Positions 7,928 through 16,313 of a stretch of 32,000 nucleotides of DNA are shown one piece after another. Numbering within the stretch: position 1 is the stretch's first letter; each line of letters begins with the position of its first letter. A model generated the notes under the pieces. It saw only the letters and a program-made list of their open reading frames with translations, was not told the DNA's origin and did not search any database. The stretch is from Trichlorobacter lovleyi SZ (GTDB lineage: Bacteria; Desulfobacterota; Desulfuromonadia; Geobacterales; Pseudopelobacteraceae), in assembly GCF_000020385.1 (NCBI RefSeq), contig NC_010814.1:2070001-2102000 (forward strand), in the 5' to 3' direction. Made by a program: the position numbers and the translations under genes.

Positions 7928-9013
7928 TCAGCCAGCAGTATGTTCTAGATGTTCTACACAGTGATCAATCACCTCAGACACACTTATTTCCTGCATACAA
8001 CGGGCACTATGCGGGCATGGCGGGGTCGTGCCAAAGGTGGTACAGGGAGAACAGGAAAGGTTTTTATTGATAACAGTATGCAGCTTCCCATGCGGAGCCC
8101 ATTTAAGGGCGCGGCCTGGACCGAACAGGGAAACTGTCGGCACCCCCAATCCTACTGCAACATGCAGCAGACCAGAATCAGCGCTGATAAGCAGGGCAGA
8201 GCGGGAAATCACAGCAGCAGTCTCTGCAAGAGAGGTCCGTCCTGCCAGATCCAGTCCTGACTCACCTGCAATGGTTTGAGCATCTGTCTGGTCAACGGTT
8301 CCGCCCACCACGACCACCCCATATCCTTTTTGTACAAGCGCAGCTGCCACAGCCCTGAACCGATCAGCCCCCCAACGACGCTCCGGGATAGAGGCACCGG
8401 GGAATATAGTTACAAAAGGCTTATCACCCAAAGTTGCAAGCAGCTTTCGAGCAGATTCTTTTGAAGTTACAGGAATGGTCAGGAACGGAATCGTGGCTTC
8501 AGTCTGCTCTGACACGTCCGTAAGCGGTTCTAGCAGACGTTTAAAACTAGAGACTTCATACTCATCATGGGAGTACGGCAGCGCATGGGTAAACATCCGC
8601 CGTCGCTCATTGGTAGCAAAACCGATCTTGATGGGAGACCGTATCAGCCGGGCCACAACAGCCGAAAGACGGTGCCACTGTTCAGTATCAATGACAACAT
8701 CATATTTACCACGTACTGCATGCCAGAACTCAGCAGGTCTGTCGTAACAATAGAGTTGGTTTACATCAGGGATTAAAGAGAAGACACCTGCATTACGTCG
8801 TTCTGCCAGAATGGTAATATGAATAGTGGGATACTTTTTTTTGAGATGATGAAGTACAGGAACCAGAAGAGCCGCATCGCCAATGCCGCCGGGGCGGATG
8901 AGGATGAGGGATTGAGGTAGCACCTGAATTACTGAAGCGGCTGAGGGTGGCAGTAATGTAGTCAGTACACGCCCAAGTATACCATCTACCATTTTCATCA
9001 GCCTGATATTCAT
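7928..9013 (-). CDS. glycosyltransferase family 9 (LPS heptosyltransferase-like)
   Basis: 361 aa. ILIRPGGIGDAALLVPVLHHLKKKYP..., ...DSGLLHVAVGLGVPTVSLFGP is typical of GT9. The exact start is uncertain (M1, M6 or M8). Confidence 0.8.
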   Translation of the reverse strand: MNIRLMKMVDGILGRVLTTLLPPSAASVIQVLPQSLILIRPGGIGDAALLVPVLHHLKKKYPTIHITILAERRNAGVFSLIPDVNQLYCYDRPAEFWHAVRGKYDVVIDTEQWHRLSAVVARLIRSPIKIGFATNERRRMFTHALPYSHDEYEVSSFKRLLEPLTDVSEQTEATIPFLTIPVTSKESARKLLATLGDKPFVTIFPGASIPERRWGADRFRAVAAALVQKGYGVVVVGGTVDQTDAQTIAGESGLDLAGRTSLAETAAVISRSALLISADSGLLHVAVGLGVPTVSLFGPGRALKWAPHGKLHTVINKNLSCSPCTTFGTTPPCPHSARCMQEISVSEVIDHCVEHLEHTAG

Positions 9014-9110
9014 CCTGTACAGCCATGTAGGGTCACTTCCCCACCAGGTGATAGTGTCTGATCAAATACCCCTATTCCCCTCATAAAGCTGTAGTCCATA
9101 TTGATAACTT

Positions 9111-10259
9111 TCAAGCTGACTTTTGATAAACGGCCATTGTAGCTGCTGCAGTCTGTTCCCATGTAAAAGACTGTGCACGTAATAATCCTGCTTGTTTCAT
9201 TGCTAGAAGTTTCGGCTCATCATGCCATAATTTCCAGATGAGGTCAGACATATCCTCTATCGAAGTGGGATCAAACAATGCTCCAGCATTCGCAATGACC
9301 TCCGGTATTGCAGTACAATTTGAGGCTAGTACCGGGCAGCCACAGGCCATTGCTTCTACAAGCGGAATGCCAAACCCTTCAAATAAAGAAGGGAATACAA
9401 GCATACGAGCAAAGTTGTAGATATATGGAAGGTCGTTGTAAGGGAGATAACCTAGAACGGTTACATGGTTTTCAAGGCCAAGTGTTTTTATCCGTTTGAA
9501 AATCGTTGCATTCTGGTCTTTGCCAATACCGGTCAGTACCAGTTGCCCGTCAAAGCACTTTTGCTGAACAAGTAGCGCCAGCGCATCCAACAATCTAACA
9601 TGATTCTTATGAGGCCAACTGGCAGCAGGATAAAACATGAAAGGGCGCTTTAATTTATATTTTTCCCGTATCTTTTGCAGGGTTTCATTATCATCTATCA
9701 CGCGAAAATTCTGATTGCAGCCATTGTATACAACATCGATTTTTTCAGGTTGAATTCGGTACCTGTCTACTAGACATTGTTTCACATGCTGTGAGATAGC
9801 AATGATACGTGTCGCTCGTTGTGCAGAATTTCTGTAGGTTCTTGCCCTGTACAGGCGCTCTTTAAGTGAGAAAAAAGCAGGGTAAAACTCCTGCTGCATA
9901 TCATGGAAAGTGAGCACGGTCGGTTTATGCGACACAGGCGGAAAGAGCACTGTAAAGGGGTAATGCACGACATCAGCATCACACTGCTTCATTATCCTAG
10001 AATGGAAATCTGTATGTAATGCTGCGGTTAAGAGCAAATTAAGGTACCAGCGTGGATCTGGCTTGGTGAGTGTTTTCTGCTGTGAAACGTTAACTCTCTT
10101 TGGGAAGGTCATCTTGCCGTAACATTCACTACCAAGAAGAAGCGTAAATGCATCACCCGGGGCTACACTAGGCAGATGATGCAGAAGACCATTCAGATAG
10201 GTTTCAGCCCCCCCCATAACTCCTGGCATGAAATATAATCCGTTTATACAAATTCTCAT
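9111..10259 (-). CDS. glycosyltransferase family 4 (GT-B, Glycos_transf_1)
   Basis: 382 aa. Has the C-terminal EGFGIPLVEAMACGCPVLASN signature of retaining GT4 enzymes. Confidence 0.85.
   Translation of the reverse strand: MRICINGLYFMPGVMGGAETYLNGLLHHLPSVAPGDAFTLLLGSECYGKMTFPKRVNVSQQKTLTKPDPRWYLNLLLTAALHTDFHSRIMKQCDADVVHYPFTVLFPPVSHKPTVLTFHDMQQEFYPAFFSLKERLYRARTYRNSAQRATRIIAISQHVKQCLVDRYRIQPEKIDVVYNGCNQNFRVIDDNETLQKIREKYKLKRPFMFYPAASWPHKNHVRLLDALALLVQQKCFDGQLVLTGIGKDQNATIFKRIKTLGLENHVTVLGYLPYNDLPYIYNFARMLVFPSLFEGFGIPLVEAMACGCPVLASNCTAIPEVIANAGALFDPTSIEDMSDLIWKLWHDEPKLLAMKQAGLLRAQSFTWEQTAAATMAVYQKSA
10208..10215 (-). repeat. homopolymeric G8 tract (C8 on the plus strand) in codons 15-18 of the GT4 gene
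   Basis: The minus strand reads atGGGGGGGGct, encoding M-G-G-A. It is the longest G/C run I saw in the window. Confidence 0.9.
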
Positions 10260-11050
10260 TATGTAATGGTATTACCGGTGAGCTGATTAAAATCGGTATT
10301 GGCAAGGGACTTCCTGCGAAGCAGAAGTTCTCCAAGCAAGGCAAAGTAAGGATTGGTAGCTAAATAAAATCGAAATTTCAAAAGTAAAGGTTTACAACGT
10401 GTAAACAGGTGAAACCCTCCGGCATGATAATAGGTAAGGCCGAACTGTGCAGCGAGTTTTTCCAATGCCAATGGCATATAAAATGAGATATGCTGGCCGT
10501 GTTCGAACCCATAATACCACCACGTATCAGGCCGGGGTAATGGTGTGGGCAGGAGTTCGGTGGTGAAGATAACAGTATCTGTTTTTTGAAAAAGATACTC
10601 AAGCTCATGGGCAGGTGAAATCCAATGCTCAAAGAGTTCAAATGCCGTTATCAGGTCAAACCGGTCATTGTTACTTTCAGCAGTATCAAAGCCGTTGGCA
10701 AACAGGTTTGTACAGTATTTATCGTCCCGGTAAAAATTGAAACCTTTATCTCGCATCATGCGAACGAAGATTCCGTAGCCGCCACCATAATCGGCAAAGA
10801 TACCAGAAGGGGCAAAACAAAGTTTCAATAGTGCACCCATTATGCGAACGCAATGCAGGTTTCTAGTCAGGATGCCGGTGTCGGAACTGGTGATAGGCTG
10901 TTTATACGACTCTGCAAGCCAGTGCGGGTCATTTGCAAACAAGAAACCACATGCCGGGCATTGATAGTATAAGGCGTCATAGCGGTTTAATACCTTGGCG
11001 GTAAAGGCAAGTGACGTCGGAGCTTGGCATATTTTGCAGGGTATGGGCAT
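10259..11050 (-). CDS. class I SAM-dependent methyltransferase with an N-terminal zinc ribbon
   Basis: 263 aa. N-terminal CKIC...CPAC, then SAM motif I FADYGGGYG. The stop overlaps the downstream GT4 start (TAATG). Confidence 0.75.
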   Translation of the reverse strand: MPIPCKICQAPTSLAFTAKVLNRYDALYYQCPACGFLFANDPHWLAESYKQPITSSDTGILTRNLHCVRIMGALLKLCFAPSGIFADYGGGYGIFVRMMRDKGFNFYRDDKYCTNLFANGFDTAESNNDRFDLITAFELFEHWISPAHELEYLFQKTDTVIFTTELLPTPLPRPDTWWYYGFEHGQHISFYMPLALEKLAAQFGLTYYHAGGFHLFTRCKPLLLKFRFYLATNPYFALLGELLLRRKSLANTDFNQLTGNTIT

Positions 11051-11056
11051 AAGAAG

Positions 11057-11908
11057 TCAGTTGAGCAATGCTCGCAGTCTATTTGATAGCCTACTTGTAT
11101 AGGTTGTTAAATTAAGCCAAAATCCCATATCATTGTCACGTTTAGCCCAGACAGGATATGTCGCCAGCTTGCGCCAATCAGGTCGTGTTATATCTGTTGC
11201 TGATGGATACCAATATTCAAAGGCGGACAAGGTATGAACGTCATATTTTTTACAGAGGATACCGAAAATACTCTGGTCATGCCGATGCTCTTTAAAACCT
11301 GCGAAATTGGGAGAGCGGGATGGTGAATCATCAACCAGGGTAAAATCATCCTCAAACACCTGCAACCATTCGTGCAATAGAGCCAGAGATGTCTCGCATT
11401 TTCTAAAGAAAATTATGCCAGCGCCAATCTGCTCAGTATGGGTGATGTCTTTTTTCTCCCTTACGCCAAAATAGTCAAACAGGTCTCCTTTGGTCCATTG
11501 ATACTCAGGAAGCGAAAAACCATCAAGCAAAGGATCTTCGAAAGTATTTTTAACCTTGAAGGCCAGTACGCCGTTCGGTTCACTGGCAATGCGTTCAAAA
11601 TATTCATGCAATCGTTTTCTGCCTGCCGGATTAAGCCAGCACCCAACATCACTATACTGCAATAAATCTCCATCGCCCATCTTTTCAAATGTTTGTAGAA
11701 TAATTTGTGGCTTCCATGCCCAGTAACCAAATCCTCTAACCTTTGGTTGTAATTTATCAGCAAACCGGGTGCGAAAATCCTGATCAAAATCATGTTCCGT
11801 GGCAGTGATTATGGCGTCATAACACCCCATTGCCTCCGCCTGACGGGCAATGCGTTTCAGGCTGCGCTGCAACCGGGTATCTGCAAATGTGAGAAATATC
11901 TTTCTCAT
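11057..11908 (-). CDS. conserved-looking hypothetical protein in the glycan operon (family not recognised; possibly a sugar-modifying enzyme)
   Basis: 283-aa intact ORF, start/stop-coupled to the flippase gene (TGATG). It shows distinctive motifs, FLTFAD..., RGFGYWAWKPQII and HRHDQS, but I cannot assign a family. Confidence 0.6.
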   Translation of the reverse strand: MRKIFLTFADTRLQRSLKRIARQAEAMGCYDAIITATEHDFDQDFRTRFADKLQPKVRGFGYWAWKPQIILQTFEKMGDGDLLQYSDVGCWLNPAGRKRLHEYFERIASEPNGVLAFKVKNTFEDPLLDGFSLPEYQWTKGDLFDYFGVREKKDITHTEQIGAGIIFFRKCETSLALLHEWLQVFEDDFTLVDDSPSRSPNFAGFKEHRHDQSIFGILCKKYDVHTLSAFEYWYPSATDITRPDWRKLATYPVWAKRDNDMGFWLNLTTYTSRLSNRLRALLN

Positions 11909-13263
11909 CAGGCACGATTTCCCTGCTTGAATAGACTACCGCTCCATAGTGGCATCAGTAACAAGCTTTTGATCTGTAAACGAAAAATCGAACGTGTTGC
12001 TGGCGTAAAGGCATTCATTACAACATTGACTAGGCCATGGGCAACCAAACTAGCGATTGCGGCCCCCACCGGTCCGTAAGCAGGGATCAGGATAAGGTTC
12101 AAACTGATATTAACCAATGCACCACATATGGTCCGAAACAGTACGTAGCGTTGCAGATTTTCCGTCACAAACCACTGGTGGCTCGCCACACCGAGAAACA
12201 CAAACAAGGCGGACCAGATATGTAGTGCCAACACCATCCCCGCACCATGATATCGGTTACCGAACAGCAACGCAACAACCCAATCCGCACAAAACGTCAT
12301 GGGAATTGCCAAGGCAAGCGCCAGAATAACCATAATGGTATGGGTAAACTCCAATCGGGCAACATACTGGAGTTTACCGGCGTTTTTAGCTAAAACTACA
12401 CTGGGAAATAATGACGCCATAATCGCTATCGGGATAAAGTACCATGCTTCACTGAGCCGGAGAGCAGCAGAAAAAATACCAACTGCCTCTTCATTCAGCA
12501 GTTTACCCAGCATGATTTGATCCATCCGCATATATCCGGCCATGGCAAGTCCCGATACCATGAGTGGTGTACCGTCGTGAATCAGTCGATGCCACCGTTC
12601 TTTCTGGAACCGCCATCGAAACGAAGAACCGACATATCGAGAGTAAACCAACAGTAATGCGCCAGCAGTGAATAGGCCTTCAAACCACAACACCCAGATA
12701 AAAGCCATGAACGGTGCATGGGTAAGAATCAACCCTGCCTTGACCGTTGCTAAAACCAGAAATATCCCATTCTCTGCCCACACTGAATAACGTGATTGAA
12801 CCTGTGATTCAAACCAAAATTTAATAACTTCCGAGGCCTTAAATACGGAAACCGTGCCTAAAAGAGCAATCATGGCGACAAACCGCATGTCGTCACGTTG
12901 CACAATATATGCGGTTACTAGCGCACATAGCCAAGCGGCGACACCACCCATGACCTGGACAACGACAGCAGTTCCAAGAATGTGATATCGTTGTTCCGGC
13001 TCTTTAATCAGATCCCGTACAACAATGCTATTCATACCAAAGGTTGCGACCGCACTGAACAGAAAGGCAATAGCGACAACATAGTTTAATAAACCAAACT
13101 GTTCCGGCCCCAGATAGCGGGCCAGCCAGATGCTGATCACCATGCCGATCCCGCCTCTGATGAGGCTATCGGCACACATCCAGCCAATATTTGTGAATAC
13201 CTGTAATCGGTTTGATCTAGGAGAACCGGTGTGGTGGAAAATACTACGGAGAAAGGACCTCAC
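11908..13263 (-). CDS. Wzx-type polysaccharide flippase (MOP superfamily polysaccharide biosynthesis protein)
   Basis: 451 aa with about 12 predicted TM helices. The N-terminus ...IRGGIGMVISIWLARYLGPEQFGLLNYV is typical of O-unit flippases. GTG start overlapping the GT2 stop (GTGA). Confidence 0.8.
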   Translation of the reverse strand: MRSFLRSIFHHTGSPRSNRLQVFTNIGWMCADSLIRGGIGMVISIWLARYLGPEQFGLLNYVVAIAFLFSAVATFGMNSIVVRDLIKEPEQRYHILGTAVVVQVMGGVAAWLCALVTAYIVQRDDMRFVAMIALLGTVSVFKASEVIKFWFESQVQSRYSVWAENGIFLVLATVKAGLILTHAPFMAFIWVLWFEGLFTAGALLLVYSRYVGSSFRWRFQKERWHRLIHDGTPLMVSGLAMAGYMRMDQIMLGKLLNEEAVGIFSAALRLSEAWYFIPIAIMASLFPSVVLAKNAGKLQYVARLEFTHTIMVILALALAIPMTFCADWVVALLFGNRYHGAGMVLALHIWSALFVFLGVASHQWFVTENLQRYVLFRTICGALVNISLNLILIPAYGPVGAAIASLVAHGLVNVVMNAFTPATRSIFRLQIKSLLLMPLWSGSLFKQGNRA

Positions 13264-14042
13264 GTTCGTCGTCCAGCAGATAGTGGTACTACACCTGTTA
13301 CCAGCAGTACCGACCAGATCAGCATTTTGCCAAGATAATTAACCGTAGCCAATAGCGCAGAATAACCATGCTGCACAGCCGCCTTACGCACCTCCCGATA
13401 TCCTACGGTTGCCTGTTGACCACTCACCCCATCGGTTTCCATGATTGCCAAGACCTCCGGCAGGTAGCGTATAGTTACCCCGCGGGACATCCAGCGCAGG
13501 AACATCTCCGCATCCATAGCAATACGGTAGCCGGTATCGAACAGGCCATGTCGTTCATATACCACACGCCGGACAAAGGTGGCCGGATGGTTAAATAACA
13601 CGAGTCTCCATGGATACCACCAACGACCGGCTGGCTTCAGCCGTTTGATAGTTCGACCGTTTTTATGGAGCAGTACATCCCCATGCACTACATCCACCTC
13701 GGGGTGGTTGGCAAAATAAGAACGAACGATAGCTAACGTATTAAGAGCCAGTTGGTCATCAGCATTAAGTAAGGCAATAATGTCACCAGTAGCACGGCAA
13801 ATCCCTTTGTTAAATGCATCAGCAATACCTTGATCCGGCTCGCTAACAAGCAGATCAATACAGGGACATGCTTCTATCACTGTCAATGTGGTATCGGTAG
13901 ACCCCCCATCGATAATCAGATATTCAACCCCGTCATCCTTTTGGGCCTCTACACTGGTAATCGTGCGACCGATAGTTGCATCGCTGTTTTTACAGACCGT
14001 GATCAGTGATAGACTAGGAATATGGGCATGAGATACGGTCAT
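13260..14042 (-). CDS. glycosyltransferase family 2
   Basis: 260 aa. SLITVCKNSDATIGRTITSV..., YLIIDGGSTD and the LNADD (DxD-like) motif are typical of GT-A GT2 enzymes. Confidence 0.85.
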   Translation of the reverse strand: MTVSHAHIPSLSLITVCKNSDATIGRTITSVEAQKDDGVEYLIIDGGSTDTTLTVIEACPCIDLLVSEPDQGIADAFNKGICRATGDIIALLNADDQLALNTLAIVRSYFANHPEVDVVHGDVLLHKNGRTIKRLKPAGRWWYPWRLVLFNHPATFVRRVVYERHGLFDTGYRIAMDAEMFLRWMSRGVTIRYLPEVLAIMETDGVSGQQATVGYREVRKAAVQHGYSALLATVNYLGKMLIWSVLLVTGVVPLSAGRRT

Positions 14043-15094
14043 TATTGTTGAAACTCCGCCATTGACACTAATTTGCTGGCAAAGGAACTAAGCGTATGTT
14101 CTAAGGTATACCGCTGGGCAGTGGCAATACCACCGTTTATCAGTGACCTGATTATATGCTGATTCGTCAGCACAAGAATAGACTGATTCAGCAATGTGAC
14201 ATCATCATTAATCAGACTCACCATCGCGTTCTCACCGGAACGGGCATAGGGCACTGCTGAAGTAGTGATTACCGGACAGCCACACGCCATGGCCTCTAGA
14301 GGCATAAGCGGCAACCCCTCGTGACGAGATGGATAGAGAAACAGGTTCGCACTGCTCATGATCTGCCGCAGCCGGTGTTCATTGACGTAGCCTAAATCAC
14401 GATGATGCACTCCAGCAGGAAATATCCCCTGACAGGCTTCACCGACGGTCCATATTTCCAAAGTCTCTGTGCCTTTTCTGTTCAGCAGATTTGTAACAAT
14501 AGTTACCGCCACATCGAAGCCTTTACGCGCATCTGAGCGCGATAACAACAAAATTGCCTGACGATCCTCCTTATACCGAATCAGTTCCTGATCAGGGTCA
14601 GGATAAAAGCTTGCCGCATCAATGCCATTTTCAACGACCTCTGTTCGGACATGAAAACGACGCAGAAAGGTATCGGCAAGGTGCTGAGCTACTGCAATCG
14701 TTCTAATTCCCATGACTGTTAGTCCGATACTGTACAATAGCCTGATAAACAGTCGGGGAAATAGAGAGGAATAATATGATTCATCGTAATCCTGGGCATA
14801 ATAAATCGTGTGCTTCCGGTTGCGTACAGCTAACAGGCAGGCCAGTGGAATGATATCTGCAATGATTAGTTGGTGGGGGAAATGGGTGACAAGCGCACGT
14901 AACAAGGTTGATGCCGTGTTCGAGGATGGCAACCGTTGCAGAATCACACGACTATCAATGTGAAAAACCGAATTGATCTGAGCAGCCATTATCGTCACTT
15001 GATGCCCCTCGGCAACAAGGTGATTAGCGTGGGCGATAATCATCCGGTCTCCACCACGGCTCAAGAGCGTGTGACGGTAAAACAGGATATTCAC
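14042..15094 (-). CDS. glycosyltransferase family 4 (GT-B)
   Basis: 350 aa. Has the C-terminal signature HEGLPLMPLEAMACGCPVITT. Confidence 0.85.
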   Translation of the reverse strand: MNILFYRHTLLSRGGDRMIIAHANHLVAEGHQVTIMAAQINSVFHIDSRVILQRLPSSNTASTLLRALVTHFPHQLIIADIIPLACLLAVRNRKHTIYYAQDYDESYYSSLFPRLFIRLLYSIGLTVMGIRTIAVAQHLADTFLRRFHVRTEVVENGIDAASFYPDPDQELIRYKEDRQAILLLSRSDARKGFDVAVTIVTNLLNRKGTETLEIWTVGEACQGIFPAGVHHRDLGYVNEHRLRQIMSSANLFLYPSRHEGLPLMPLEAMACGCPVITTSAVPYARSGENAMVSLINDDVTLLNQSILVLTNQHIIRSLINGGIATAQRYTLEHTLSSFASKLVSMAEFQQ

Positions 15095-15097
15095 GTA

Positions 15098-15955
15098 CTA
15101 TCCTCCATATATCCCCCATCCCACCATAAGCCCCCACCCTGCCCCCACAACCAGCAACCAGGGATCACGCAATAAGGATTCTGTCGGATCACCACTTAGT
15201 CCCGACTTGACTCTCAATATATAGCGTAGCAGCCCAAAGCAACAGAGTGGGACAGTATACAGTAGAAAATTGTGGGATAAAGTGTACATGGTGTAGGTGA
15301 CCAGTACAGCACTGCCGGTCATAAACAGTACGCCGTCAAGAAAGCCGTCAGGATAATGCGTCAACACTTTACGATGGGATGCGGCACCAGTATCGCCGAG
15401 AGTCTGTTTTTCAGAGAGACGTTTTCCAGCACTCAAAAACAGTGAAAGCAAAAGTACAGACAAAAACAGCCATTCAGAAACACGGATGTTGAAGACAGCC
15501 CCTCCTGCCATGAGGCGGAACAAAAAACCGGTGGCAATACAAAACAGATCAACTACCGGTATATTTTTTAGACAGCATGAATAGGCAAAAGATACTGTCA
15601 GGTATGCCAGTACGAGTAAAGTAAAGGTTGTACCGACAAATACAGCTGAAATAACAGCACATGCTGTCAGTGAAACGGACAGTATCTGTGCAGTTTTGAC
15701 AGAGGCTGTGCCTGACACCAAGGGACGGGAGGACTTCCGTGGATGATTGGAGTCAGCTTCACGGTCCAATAAGTCGTTGACTAGATATCCTGCACTCGAA
15801 GCCAGAGAGAACAGAATAAAAGGGATGGTTCCCTTGACAACCATCCCTTGAGTTAGCAGGGTACCACCAAGAAACGGAGGAAAGAACAGCATCAGATTTT
15901 TCAACCACTGATGTGGTCGAAGTAGCTGAAGGATGGCGGCAACACGTTTCATCAA
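15098..15955 (-). CDS. UbiA-family prenyltransferase resembling decaprenyl-phosphate phosphoribosyltransferase (DPPR synthase)
   Basis: 285 aa, polytopic. The N-terminus LLRPHQWLKNLMLFFPPFLGG and NDLLDREADSNHPRKSSRPLVSG match the DPPR-synthase branch of the UbiA superfamily. First gene of the operon. Confidence 0.7.
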   Translation of the reverse strand: MMKRVAAILQLLRPHQWLKNLMLFFPPFLGGTLLTQGMVVKGTIPFILFSLASSAGYLVNDLLDREADSNHPRKSSRPLVSGTASVKTAQILSVSLTACAVISAVFVGTTFTLLVLAYLTVSFAYSCCLKNIPVVDLFCIATGFLFRLMAGGAVFNIRVSEWLFLSVLLLSLFLSAGKRLSEKQTLGDTGAASHRKVLTHYPDGFLDGVLFMTGSAVLVTYTMYTLSHNFLLYTVPLCCFGLLRYILRVKSGLSGDPTESLLRDPWLLVVGAGWGLMVGWGIYGG

Positions 15956-15989
15956 GGTTTGTTCAATGCCTCTCTAAACTGTCGGCAAA

Positions 15990-16313
15990 CTACCATTCAT
16001 CATCCTGCTCAGAGCGGTCTTCATCATCAAAGACGCTGTATCCATCATCGTCTTCATCAATCTCTTCAGGGTACAGCTCATCATCATCCTGTTCTTCAGC
16101 TCCACCTAAATGCCATTTAGGGCGGTCCTCCGGTTCTGCAGCCGCCTCAAAACGGGCCAACATTTCAGGATCAGTGCAAAACCGGTCATCTTTAAAGTGG
16201 CATTTTTCAAGTTCACAGAGATCGAACAGTTGGATCTCACTACAGAGCCTGAGAGGCAGTTCCTGAGGCTCTTCATTTTTATTAACCAACTCTTCTAAGC
16301 TACTCACGCACAT
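15990..16313 (-). CDS. small, highly acidic Cys-containing protein of unknown function
   Basis: The ORF reads (M)CVSSLEELVNKNEE...LCSEIQLFDLCELEKCHFKDDRFCTD...EEQDDDELYPEEIDEDDDGYSVFDDEDRSEQDDEW. The start is either ATG 16313 or GTG 16307. The GTG overlaps the fbp TGA as GTGA and lies 7 nt after GGAG. The track's 16358 start would overlap fbp by 55 nt. Confidence 0.6.
   Translation of the reverse strand: MCVSSLEELVNKNEEPQELPLRLCSEIQLFDLCELEKCHFKDDRFCTDPEMLARFEAAAEPEDRPKWHLGGAEEQDDDELYPEEIDEDDDGYSVFDDEDRSEQDDEW

Noticed and set aside
9111-15955. The glycan island as a mobile element or prophage remnant
   Set aside because: No integrase, transposase, tRNA attachment site or flanking direct repeats are visible. 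Compositional skew alone is typical of surface-polysaccharide loci.
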